DNA from: a virus
DNA: 64,000 nucleotides
IMG/VR virus record: IMGVR_UViG_3300022939_000017
Coordinates: 7,416-71,415 of that record
Reading direction: 5' to 3' (one strand)
The notes beneath the pieces are model-generated. The model made no database searches. It worked only from the letters and a program-made list of their open reading frames with translations, and had not been told where the DNA came from. The position numbers and the translations under genes were made by a program. Shown here one piece after another: positions 38,876 to 47,997 of the stretch; the first letter of the stretch is position 1; the number at the start of each line of letters is the position of its first letter.

Positions 38876-39102
38876 CTTACTGATGGTCCTTTTGGTGAAC
38901 CTTTTTTGTTTGCCTTTTTATATTCTTCAGCTTCTTTTTTCTTAGCCTCTAATAATTTTTTGAAATAGAAGTTTCTCCAATGAATTGGCATGGAATAAAC
39001 TTCTGACCAAGTGAATCCATTACCATAGTTAACCATTTCCCAAATTTGGTTATGAAGTTGGATTGAGTACTCACTCGGAAGGGTAAAAAAACCCAACCCC
39101 AA
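38863..39102 (-). CDS. Tail assembly chaperone C-terminal extension (gp51/GT-like), probably reached by frameshift
   Basis: Overlaps the upstream gene across GGGTTTTTTTAC; lacks a convincing start; WSEVYSMPIHWRNFY motif. Confidence 0.7.
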   Translation of the reverse strand: MGLGFFTLPSEYSIQLHNQIWEMVNYGNGFTWSEVYSMPIHWRNFYFKKLLEAKKKEAEEYKKANKKGSPKGPSVRVRK

Positions 39103-39841
39103 AGGGGATATCGAGAGCCTCCGTTTCTCCCGTAATATCAGATGTAAACTGATATTTTAAATCTAAATCTGGTGAGATTTCTCTGATATAATCTCTAATA
39201 AACTTAGATTCTCTTGCTAAAAGGTTATTTTTTACATAATTGTTGATAAATCCTCTATCAGTATTACCATCTATTTCTTGAATGATATATCTTAATCTTG
39301 TAGACATTTCTTGTGAAACAGCATCTTGACCTTTTTTCTGTAATCTTTGTAGTGCTTGAATTTCAGAATTAATATCTTGTTCATCTTTGTGTGTTAGTAA
39401 TTTTAACACCACCTCTTTCTTAGATACAGGTAAAGTAATTGAATATCTATTATCAGATGATAATAAGTTTTCATTTACTTCTTTAATCTGAATTTGTGAT
39501 AAATCGATTACTTCTTTTTGGGTTTCTCCTGTAAATGGGTCGGTAACTTCTACTTGATAATCTTTTCCATATCCTAAGATACGAGTTGCAAGTAAAATAG
39601 CGTTTTTATCACCGATGAAAATATCACCAATATCTAAACCTTCTTCTACTACAACAGATTCGAACAACTTATCAAGCACCACCCCCTTTCTTATCAAATT
39701 TTGGGAAGCAAGTATATCCTCTTCACGAGCTGTCATATACTTAATCTCCACCGTACCCTTTGATAACGGGTGTCCTTCTGGATATAGTTTACCTTTTGAT
39801 GGTAAATCTACGATTTCGGTTGGAAAATCAAATTTTGCCAT
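39071..39841 (-). CDS. Tail/baseplate assembly chaperone (T4 gp26-like)
   Basis: VDLPSKGKLYP, YMTAREEDIL, GDKNAILLATRILGYG; ends GFFYPSE; lies between tube and tape measure. Confidence 0.8.
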   Translation of the reverse strand: MAKFDFPTEIVDLPSKGKLYPEGHPLSKGTVEIKYMTAREEDILASQNLIRKGVVLDKLFESVVVEEGLDIGDIFIGDKNAILLATRILGYGKDYQVEVTDPFTGETQKEVIDLSQIQIKEVNENLLSSDNRYSITLPVSKKEVVLKLLTHKDEQDINSEIQALQRLQKKGQDAVSQEMSTRLRYIIQEIDGNTDRGFINNYVKNNLLARESKFIRDYIREISPDLDLKYQFTSDITGETEALDIPFGVGFFYPSE

Positions 39842-39904
39842 ATAACTTTAATTTAAATTGTTTTATATAAATATATACTTTTTAAAAAGTTGGAATATAG
39901 ACAC

Positions 39905-39934
39905 AAAAAAAGTTCTCACTAAGAGAACTTTTTT
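39905..39934 (-). terminator. Rho-independent (possibly bidirectional) terminator
   Basis: AAAAAAGTTCTC-actaa-GAGAACTTTTTT. Confidence 0.8.
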
Positions 39935-39960
39935 CTTTATAAAAATATTGTGGAGTTGTA

Positions 39961-40452
39961 TTAGAATTCTAAAATTGCGTAATCATAAGAAAGTGTTAGA
40001 GTGATTTCTGCTGGGTCTGTGGCATTAGCCCAATCTAAATCGTTGAACACTGCATTGTTGATGAAAGCACCTTTTAGAGTCCATTGTTCAATTTTATCAC
40101 CAACAGGTCCTAACATATAACATTGAATATCTTTTTTATAGAAATCTGCATATCCATCTCTACCAGTTAGAGATTCGTGAGATAATCTAACCCATTCCAT
40201 CACTGCTTGAGCACCACTTGGAACGATTGGGTCATAAAGACTGATTTCAACATCTTGCCATTCACCCTTACCTTTAAGTTTTCTCTTAACGTTGATATGG
40301 TCAAGTGTTACAGTTTCAAACTGAATTGAAGGTCTGTTAGCTGTTTTAATAAGATATGAAGGAATACCATCGATTTCCATGATGAATCTATTCTTCATCT
40401 TTGGTTCGAAATTGGTATAGAACATATCGTTAAATTCTAATACTTCTGCCAT
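39961..40452 (-). CDS. Tail tube protein (gp19-like)
   Basis: FEPKMKNRF, W..V.ISLYDP, YKKDI, EQWTLKGAF, LSYDYA; downstream of the sheath. Confidence 0.88.
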   Translation of the reverse strand: MAEVLEFNDMFYTNFEPKMKNRFIMEIDGIPSYLIKTANRPSIQFETVTLDHINVKRKLKGKGEWQDVEISLYDPIVPSGAQAVMEWVRLSHESLTGRDGYADFYKKDIQCYMLGPVGDKIEQWTLKGAFINNAVFNDLDWANATDPAEITLTLSYDYAILEF

Positions 40453-40510
40453 TTTTTATTTCTCCTATTTTGTACTATTATAAATATAGTTCTTTTTTAT
40501 TTTTATTTAA

Positions 40511-42883
40511 TTATGCCGAGAACGAAGCTCCTGTTGGTAGAATGTTGAAATCTAACACGATGAATTCAGCAGTTTTCGTTGGTTGTAAGAAAATCTGTCC
40601 AGCCAAGATGTTTCTATCGATTACATCAGGTGTGTTATTAGTTTCATCCATTACTACTCTAAAAGCATAAAGTCCTTGTCTTTGTTGTATTCCTTCTAAA
40701 TAAGGGTTAACAGTATTCAAGAATCTACTTCTTGTTTGAGAAGTATTTTGTTCGAATACTAAGTATCTTGAAGTTGAAGCAATATACTTCTTAACTTTAA
40801 TCATTAATCTTCTAACATTGATTCTATCAAGTGCGGATGCCTTATCTTGTAAAGTTTTTTGTCCAAAAGCAACGATACCTTCTCCAGGGAACGAAGCGAT
40901 TGGGTTAACTTTTCCTTCATATAGTGTATCTCTTTCAGCATGTGTTAATCTGTTTAATACAGATACCGCACCTACGATACCACCTCTATTTAAACCAGCG
41001 GGTGCGAACCATTCAGCAGCAACAGCATCGTTAGCAGCATATATTCCAGGCATCAATACTGATGGTGGAACTGCAGTTAATCTGTTAGTTCTTGAATCGA
41101 TTGTTTTAACCCATGGGTAGTAAGTTCCAACATAGTTAGAATCTAAGTTACCAGCCTGTTCAACAGCCTGTGAAATAGTATCTGTTGAAACTTGTCCATT
41201 TGCAGAGTTGTAAGTTACACCAACTACATCACCGATGAAGAAAGCATCTTCTCTAGCCTCTACCATATCAACAATCTTATCAAATACATAAGAGTGGTGT
41301 CTACGAACAATACCAGGTGCAGTTACTAAGTTGATATCGAAATCATCTGGGTTAGATACTGCGTTGATTGCTCTTACATAAGCAACTGAACCAACTGCTG
41401 TTGAAGTTGATAAATCAAATCCTTGTGAGTTACCACTACCAAAGTTAGCAGATGAACCAGCAAGTGCCTTTTCAGTAGTTGGTGATTCACCATCAAATCC
41501 TTCTTGGAATCCAACTACGAATTGTCTTTTATTAACATCAGTTGCATTTGAACCTGTTAATTCAAATCCGAATGAGTATGTTCCATTATTGATAGATACT
41601 GTTCCATCAAATGCAAACACATCATTTGAACCATATCCTGCAGATACAGGTATTGGTGATAAGAAATGTCCATTATCAACTTTTACTAATGTTGATTCTA
41701 AATCAATACCACTATACTTAACACCACTTGATGAAGTGTTATCAGCAGAACCAGTTGAGAATACAACCGATGGAGTTATTGAATCTGAACCTGAGATTGG
41801 TGATAGATACTTAGCATGTCCAAATGGTCCTGCCACGATTGGGAACGAACCTTCTGGTTTACATTCTACTCTAATGTGTTTAGAACGATTTGTATAATCA
41901 CCATTTTCTGTTTGTTTTCCATTTGCATCGATAACAAGATTTCTATCACCGATTACTTTTTTAATGTAGTTTGGAGATGCAGGGTCTAAGTTCAAGTTAT
42001 TGAATGTTTCTAAGATTACTGGTCTCTTATCTGTATCAGAGTATCCTCTAACTGCGATTGAGAAAGTTGAGTAATCAGTAGAATTATTTGAACCTGCCGC
42101 CTTTACATTAAATAATGAAATTTTATATTCTTTATTATAGTTTGAACCATCACCTAAAGTATGGAATCTAAATAAATCATGTCTTTCACCTGAAATCAAC
42201 TGAGATTTAATCCAAGGAGTTGATGCGTGTTGAATATCGTTTGTGAAAACTTGGTTTCCTAAATCCACTAATACTACTTGTGAACCACTTGAAGTGATGT
42301 TACCAGATTCGTTAGTTGCTGCATTTTCAAAGTACTTGTATGCATATGCACCTTTAGAACCTCTTGGAGATTCTCCAAATACATCTGATAAATCATTTCC
42401 TGCAGTTGGAAGTACAGATGCTGATACTGATGTATTGTAAGCTGAATCTGAACCACTTAGTTCAATTGAAAAAGCTGATTGAGATATTTGTGAATCAATA
42501 GATGCTGTTACACCGGTTGCACTATCCCATAAGTGAGTGGTATTTAAAACTCCTACTAACTTCTCTCCTCCATTAGAACCACTAACAACAATTGCTGCCG
42601 GTCCAACTTCAGTATATCCACCAGTATTACCAACTCTTACGATAGTAACAGTTCCTGCTTCTCTTAAATAATTTTGTACGGTATATCCTGTATAGTAAGT
42701 TCCATCAGGTGTACCGAATATTTCTTCAAATTCTGATTGTGTATTGACAACGGTTGGTACGAATGCAGGTCCTTTATGGAAAGGTCCAATTACGGCTGCT
42801 CCGATTTCTCCAATCCCTTGTGCTAAGAAAGAAAGGTCATTTTCTCTCGTAAATACACCAGGTGATACAATTTTTTCTGCCAT
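40511..42883 (-). CDS. Tail sheath protein (gp18-like)
   Basis: VSPGVFTREND, YYPWV, WFAPAGLNRG, GQKTLQ...DRINVRRL, FLQPTKTAEFI. Confidence 0.95.
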   Translation of the reverse strand: MAEKIVSPGVFTRENDLSFLAQGIGEIGAAVIGPFHKGPAFVPTVVNTQSEFEEIFGTPDGTYYTGYTVQNYLREAGTVTIVRVGNTGGYTEVGPAAIVVSGSNGGEKLVGVLNTTHLWDSATGVTASIDSQISQSAFSIELSGSDSAYNTSVSASVLPTAGNDLSDVFGESPRGSKGAYAYKYFENAATNESGNITSSGSQVVLVDLGNQVFTNDIQHASTPWIKSQLISGERHDLFRFHTLGDGSNYNKEYKISLFNVKAAGSNNSTDYSTFSIAVRGYSDTDKRPVILETFNNLNLDPASPNYIKKVIGDRNLVIDANGKQTENGDYTNRSKHIRVECKPEGSFPIVAGPFGHAKYLSPISGSDSITPSVVFSTGSADNTSSSGVKYSGIDLESTLVKVDNGHFLSPIPVSAGYGSNDVFAFDGTVSINNGTYSFGFELTGSNATDVNKRQFVVGFQEGFDGESPTTEKALAGSSANFGSGNSQGFDLSTSTAVGSVAYVRAINAVSNPDDFDINLVTAPGIVRRHHSYVFDKIVDMVEAREDAFFIGDVVGVTYNSANGQVSTDTISQAVEQAGNLDSNYVGTYYPWVKTIDSRTNRLTAVPPSVLMPGIYAANDAVAAEWFAPAGLNRGGIVGAVSVLNRLTHAERDTLYEGKVNPIASFPGEGIVAFGQKTLQDKASALDRINVRRLMIKVKKYIASTSRYLVFEQNTSQTRSRFLNTVNPYLEGIQQRQGLYAFRVVMDETNNTPDVIDRNILAGQIFLQPTKTAEFIVLDFNILPTGASFSA

Positions 42884-42963
42884 TTTATATTACTCCTTGT
42901 TAATTATCTTGTGTAAATGTACACATATAAATATAAAATACTTTTTCTAAAGTATTATTTTAT

Positions 42964-43275
42964 TTAATTAGTAACCGATTCTTCTACCGATTCTTCAGAT
43001 TTTTCAGATTTTTCAGTAGGAGTGAATGTATTTGTAGCTGGGTCATAATTTCCATCACCATATTTTTCATTCAATCCTTTGAATAATTCTTCTTCTGTTT
43101 GTTGTAACTCTTTGTGTTTGTTTAGAAGTTGTTCTTTAAACCCATCAAGTTCACTAATTCTTCTTTCTTTTTCAATTTGAAGTTGTCCTAATTGTGTAAA
43201 CACATTTGAAACATCTTGTCTTAATTGATTAATCTGTGAAACTTCTTCTTCTGTAAACTGAATTGTGTTTGCCAT
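42964..43275 (-). CDS. Coiled-coil hypothetical protein (possible fibre chaperone)
   Basis: Heptad-rich sequence ending LNEKYGDGNYDP. Confidence 0.65.
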   Translation of the reverse strand: MANTIQFTEEEVSQINQLRQDVSNVFTQLGQLQIEKERRISELDGFKEQLLNKHKELQQTEEELFKGLNEKYGDGNYDPATNTFTPTEKSEKSEESVEESVTN

Positions 43276-43345
43276 TTTGATATATTTTATTTAATGTTTT
43301 GTTTATATATATAAATATATGATTTTTTCTCAAACATAAAAAATA

Positions 43346-44647
43346 TTATGCCGTAAATGAGAATGATGCCCATGAAGATTTTAATCCATGGTCAATCGCT
43401 CTTACTCTAAAATAATATGTAGTACCTGGTGATAATGAATATCCAACTAATACTTCAACCGAAGTTGAACTCCACTCTGAAACATCTGCAATAAGTGAAC
43501 CAAAGTTAGAATCGTTATCAATTTGGAAATCATAACCTGTAATACCAGTATCACCTGTTGATGATGGAGCTGTCCATGATACAGATGGTGATGAATATGA
43601 TAATCCAGTAGGTGCTGATGATGCTCCTAAATCAGTATGAGAACCACTTGTACCTTTATTATGTGAAATATATCCATTAACTAAATAAGTATCTTGTTCT
43701 TCAACATCAATTGATACAATCTCTGTTGTTTCATTTACAGCAACTTTAGATATTACCTCTACTTCTTCGATACCACTTGTTCCTTGTTTAATAAGTTTAT
43801 CACCTTCTTCTATTGTAATAATTTCTTTAAATTTATAATCACCACTTATAACATCTTTTACTAAAAATGGATGTTCACCAGTTGCAGTGATTTCACCATC
43901 ATTAATATTATAGTATCTTTGAGCAAAAGAATAAATAACACTAACTACTGTAACTTCTTTTGGTGTTGCATCAAGCGTTTCAGCATTCCATTCTAAGAAA
44001 TCTCCATCAGAATCAGATGATAATCCTGCTAATGCATATCCATCTAAAATATCTCCTTCTTCTAATTCACCCGCCTCTACAATTGTTCCATCTGCTTTTA
44101 ATATTGGTGAATCTGAAGTTAAACATAATGCAGTGTTTCCATCATATGTATCAATTGAATATACTGCCTTTGTTCTTGGAACATTATATCCATTACCACT
44201 TCCAATATGGTCGTTATATCCATCAGCAAAAGTAGCAGATATGGTATGTGATTGTGCAGATAATAATGATGTTTGAGAACTTGGAGATTGTGGGTTCATA
44301 GCTCCTGCTGATAATGTAGCTCTAAATGTAGGTGTTCCACTTACAGAAATGTAACTACCACCAGTTACTCCCCATGTAAAATTACCCGAAGAGCCGGATA
44401 TTATTCCAAAGTTTGTTCCAGGACTTGTAAAAGTCATATCATATGTATCTGAAGTAGATTCTACTAAATAGGTATATCCAGTTACTGAATCTACTGAATC
44501 TACTGCGAATGTTGATAATCCAATATCATCACCAGCAGATGGTGAACCTTTAATTGTTCCCAATGATACATTAGCTCCTTGAGTATTTCCAGTTGCTCCT
44601 GCTAAATTATTTAAACTAAGTGTATCTCCAGATGTAAGTGTTGGCAT
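43346..44647 (-). CDS. Virion protein with Hint (intein-like) autoprocessing domain and C-terminal FN3
   Basis: CLTSDSPI...ATGEHPF...YLVNGYISHN/K, then WTAPS...GY...LSPGTTYYFRVRA. Confidence 0.85.
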   Translation of the reverse strand: MPTLTSGDTLSLNNLAGATGNTQGANVSLGTIKGSPSAGDDIGLSTFAVDSVDSVTGYTYLVESTSDTYDMTFTSPGTNFGIISGSSGNFTWGVTGGSYISVSGTPTFRATLSAGAMNPQSPSSQTSLLSAQSHTISATFADGYNDHIGSGNGYNVPRTKAVYSIDTYDGNTALCLTSDSPILKADGTIVEAGELEEGDILDGYALAGLSSDSDGDFLEWNAETLDATPKEVTVVSVIYSFAQRYYNINDGEITATGEHPFLVKDVISGDYKFKEIITIEEGDKLIKQGTSGIEEVEVISKVAVNETTEIVSIDVEEQDTYLVNGYISHNKGTSGSHTDLGASSAPTGLSYSSPSVSWTAPSSTGDTGITGYDFQIDNDSNFGSLIADVSEWSSTSVEVLVGYSLSPGTTYYFRVRAIDHGLKSSWASFSFTA

Positions 44648-44648
44648 A

Positions 44649-45653
44649 TTATTCTCCTAAACTATTATAAATATGTAATAATGAATCAATCCAATAATCT
44701 TTATCAGAAAATTCATCAATCATATATTCTTTTATGTGTAAAAACCATTTATTTTTTTCTTCATAAGAAGAGTTTACTATCTTAATATAAATATCATCAA
44801 ATTCTTTTTTAGTCGAAGCTCTATAAGGATACTTCAATTCTCTACACCATTCTTTATGAATAATAGGTAATTTACCCCTATCAACTGCTTCAAATATACC
44901 ATATCCAAAAGGTTCTACCGAAAAACATGAATGAGATATTCCCCAATCCATATTATAAAATATATCTTTAAATTCAGAATCATAATGATATATTTTTGAT
45001 TTACTAACATCTACCTTTACTCCATTTTTCCAAATAATTTTAAATTCAGATGAATTTGTAAAAATAAAAGATTCTTTTCTGTCTAAATAATGTGGATTTT
45101 TTCTACCTTCGCATCTTGAAGCAAATCCTAATTTAGTTGATTTACTTAAAAGTTTGTTGTGTTTAAACTCATAGAAATTTTTAATGTTTATATTATCATA
45201 TGGTATTTTATATAATCCAATCCATATATTTGTTTTGGCCCAATCTGATACTTGTTGTTCCCAACTTGAATCAATAAAAGGATGCCAACCTAATGAAGCA
45301 TCTGTAAATGTTTGTGATTTTAAAACATGGTCTACCGAATTATGTAATACATTTGAATGAATTTTATCTTTATTATCTTCTATACATCTCATTGGAGTAT
45401 AATGTCCATGTAATATATTGATTCTTCTTGCACCCCTACATAGTTCTTCAAACTTTTCTATATTTTCACCATGCCAATATGTTTCAATTGGAAATTGATA
45501 ATCTTCATGACCTTTGGGTTTGTTTCTATGAATTAAAAGAATTGGTTTTACATCTAATTTAGGTGCAACTAACTTCATCCATAGATTTACCCAAGTATCA
45601 GTTCCGGCGTTTACCCATGGGCCTCCACCAGTTGTGTAATAAACATCGTACAT
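44649..45653 (-). CDS. GT-B fold glycosyltransferase (GT4-like)
   Basis: GGG...AG loop, SRCEGRKN, EPFGYGIFEAVDRGKLPI (ExFGxxxxEA). Confidence 0.8.
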   Translation of the reverse strand: MYDVYYTTGGGPWVNAGTDTWVNLWMKLVAPKLDVKPILLIHRNKPKGHEDYQFPIETYWHGENIEKFEELCRGARRINILHGHYTPMRCIEDNKDKIHSNVLHNSVDHVLKSQTFTDASLGWHPFIDSSWEQQVSDWAKTNIWIGLYKIPYDNINIKNFYEFKHNKLLSKSTKLGFASRCEGRKNPHYLDRKESFIFTNSSEFKIIWKNGVKVDVSKSKIYHYDSEFKDIFYNMDWGISHSCFSVEPFGYGIFEAVDRGKLPIIHKEWCRELKYPYRASTKKEFDDIYIKIVNSSYEEKNKWFLHIKEYMIDEFSDKDYWIDSLLHIYNSLGE

Positions 45654-46426
45654 TAACCTCTATTAAATTTTAATTGAAATACTTTATGATTTTGGTCTAA
45701 TTCTGCAGTTGATAGTGCTTTGTTATAAAGTAATAAACCACCAAATCTCCAAGTTCCACCTCTATCTCCACCACCACTACCTGTTGAAGTAGAACCTATC
45801 GTATTATATGAGAATACTGAATTAGTTGCCATTGCATAAGATGAACCTACATTTGAACCATTTATATAATTTTGTGCATTACCACCACTCCATACAACAG
45901 TCCAATTGTTCCAACCACCAAATATTAAACTTTCACCATTTGCAAAGTAATCATGGTTTCCATCAACTCCACCATTAGTTTCTGCTTCAGTAATGTAAGA
46001 AGTAGCTGAATTGTTTTTTACTGCCCAATAGTTTGTGTATTTTCCACCAAAAAGTGCATGAGATGATGAATATTGACCAGTTGAATCGTAATCTGACCAA
46101 AACCAAACTGACATTGTACTGTTGTTACTATCTGTATCTAATGAAATTGTAGAACTTAATGCTATTCTTTTAAGATTTGCACCATCATCTGTTTCAATTT
46201 GAATATATGGATGTTTATTTGCTGGTGTTTGTACCATTGATGAGTTATCCAAAGTACCATTAACTCCATTAGATGAAATACTTGGAGCCATATTAGTAAG
46301 TGTTGTACCACTTACATATGAATTTCGATTACCAACATCATAATATAATTGTAAAGAATCAAGTGTGATTGATGGATTTATTTTTGTACTATGGTGTATT
46401 GTACTACCTTTTACTGTTACTGACAT
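45653..46426 (-). CDS. LamG/concanavalin-like virion protein
   Basis: LQLYYDVGN..SY, TMSVW, WNNWTVVW, YING, YNKALSTAE. Confidence 0.75.
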   Translation of the reverse strand: MSVTVKGSTIHHSTKINPSITLDSLQLYYDVGNRNSYVSGTTLTNMAPSISSNGVNGTLDNSSMVQTPANKHPYIQIETDDGANLKRIALSSTISLDTDSNNSTMSVWFWSDYDSTGQYSSSHALFGGKYTNYWAVKNNSATSYITEAETNGGVDGNHDYFANGESLIFGGWNNWTVVWSGGNAQNYINGSNVGSSYAMATNSVFSYNTIGSTSTGSGGGDRGGTWRFGGLLLYNKALSTAELDQNHKVFQLKFNRG

Positions 46427-46428
46427 TT

Positions 46429-47922
46429 CTATACCTTTATAACGATAACACCAGAAAAATTAGATGTAAATTCTAATTCAACAACATTTGAATTTACCGA
46501 AGTTATGTTTTCTGGTATTACCTGCTCTTTACTTGAGTTATATACCTGAACTATTGGGTACTCTTCGTTCAAACTATGAGTAATTATGTGTTTTGATGCA
46601 GATGAAACTGTTTCTTTATAAAAAGTTGATTCTGATTTTGCATCACCTGATGTTGAATCTTCAAACTTTACTTTATTATTATCATCAAGTTTTAGTTTTA
46701 CTTTATTATCACCTTCTCCTATTTCAAGTTCTTTAATTTTAAGTGTTTTAAGTGCATCGGTTTGGGAATCTTTAAATTCTACATTTCCATCGGTATCTCT
46801 CTGTAATAATGTTCCACCTAAATCAATAGTAGAACCACTTAAATATAAATCCCTCCATCTAAATGTAGATGAACCTAAATCATAGGTTACATTTTGTGAT
46901 GGAACAAGGTGAGTTGATGCAGTAATAGCATTGTTAACTTGAAATATTGGTACACCAGATATATCGTTAACAGTAAATACATTACCAGTATTATCGTCAT
47001 CTACTGATAGTAATTCACCATTTGAACCTGATACTGTAAATACAGTATTTCCGTTATTATTATGAGTAATTACTGTTTCTGATGTAACAGATGTGATGGG
47101 TGAATTTACAATTGTATGTGTGTCACTAAATACAGATAAACTTCCACTTGTACCACTACCACTTACAGTTACTGCAGAAGCAGTGAATGTATTTAATGAT
47201 TCATTTGATACTGATGTATTTGCTAATTGTAATGAACTACTTATAATTCCACTTGGAATGTTTTGTAGGTCATTATAATCAGTAGATAGTCCAGCAAAAT
47301 CAGAAGCAACAGATTGAGAAAATTCAGTAAATGTTTCGTTTGATGATGAAAGTATTCCACTTGGAATGTTTGTAAAATTATCATAATCTAAATAATATGA
47401 AGCAGGTTGTCCATTTAAGTTTGAGGCATCATCCGCAGAACCACTAACAACATGACCACCTTTTGCAACCACAACAAATCCACTTTGAGCAGATGATAAA
47501 ACTACTTGTACGGTATCTTGGTCTGTTAAAGATACAGTTTGTGGTATAATTTGGTTATCATTGTTATCATATACAGATACAATTACATTTTTAGAATTGA
47601 AGTTGTGTCCAACATTTATTGTAGATGAATTATCAAAAGAAGATGTTACAGTTGCAACTTCTCCGATATCTGTACTAATGTTTGTTAATCCACTACCATC
47701 ACCAAAGAAATATGATGCAGTTACATTACCATTAACATTTATTGAACCTGTGGTTTGGGAATTTGTAGTAACAACTTGTTCTATGGAAGGTGTACCGGAA
47801 TCCTTTTCGAAGAATATTCGACCATCATAGGTATTAATAGCTAATTCTCCGAGTTCTAAATTACTCGTAGAAGGAACTTTACCAGATACTGCTGTTCTTT
47901 TTAGTTTTACTACTTGTGCCAT
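46429..47922 (-). CDS. Tail fibre-like protein with Mtd_N-like anchor
   Basis: KLKRTAVSGKVP...GELAINTYDG; two H.L/FN...VQVY beta modules; YDLGSSTFRWRDLY. Confidence 0.7.
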   Translation of the reverse strand: MAQVVKLKRTAVSGKVPSTSNLELGELAINTYDGRIFFEKDSGTPSIEQVVTTNSQTTGSINVNGNVTASYFFGDGSGLTNISTDIGEVATVTSSFDNSSTINVGHNFNSKNVIVSVYDNNDNQIIPQTVSLTDQDTVQVVLSSAQSGFVVVAKGGHVVSGSADDASNLNGQPASYYLDYDNFTNIPSGILSSSNETFTEFSQSVASDFAGLSTDYNDLQNIPSGIISSSLQLANTSVSNESLNTFTASAVTVSGSGTSGSLSVFSDTHTIVNSPITSVTSETVITHNNNGNTVFTVSGSNGELLSVDDDNTGNVFTVNDISGVPIFQVNNAITASTHLVPSQNVTYDLGSSTFRWRDLYLSGSTIDLGGTLLQRDTDGNVEFKDSQTDALKTLKIKELEIGEGDNKVKLKLDDNNKVKFEDSTSGDAKSESTFYKETVSSASKHIITHSLNEEYPIVQVYNSSKEQVIPENITSVNSNVVELEFTSNFSGVIVIKV

Positions 47923-47967
47923 ATGTATGACTTACCGTTTTCAAATTATATAATTATTAAAAATAAG

Positions 47968-47990
47968 AAAATCCCTTATATAAGGGAATT
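47968..47990 (-). terminator. Probable terminator hairpin
   Basis: TCCCTTA-ta-TAAGGGA followed by a T-rich run on the minus strand. Confidence 0.6.
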
Positions 47991-47997
47991 AACTTTC

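Noticed and set aside
43658-44125. Classical splicing intein
   Set aside because: The +1 residue is Lys, there is no endonuclease, and the host protein is structural; treated as a BIL-type Hint domain.
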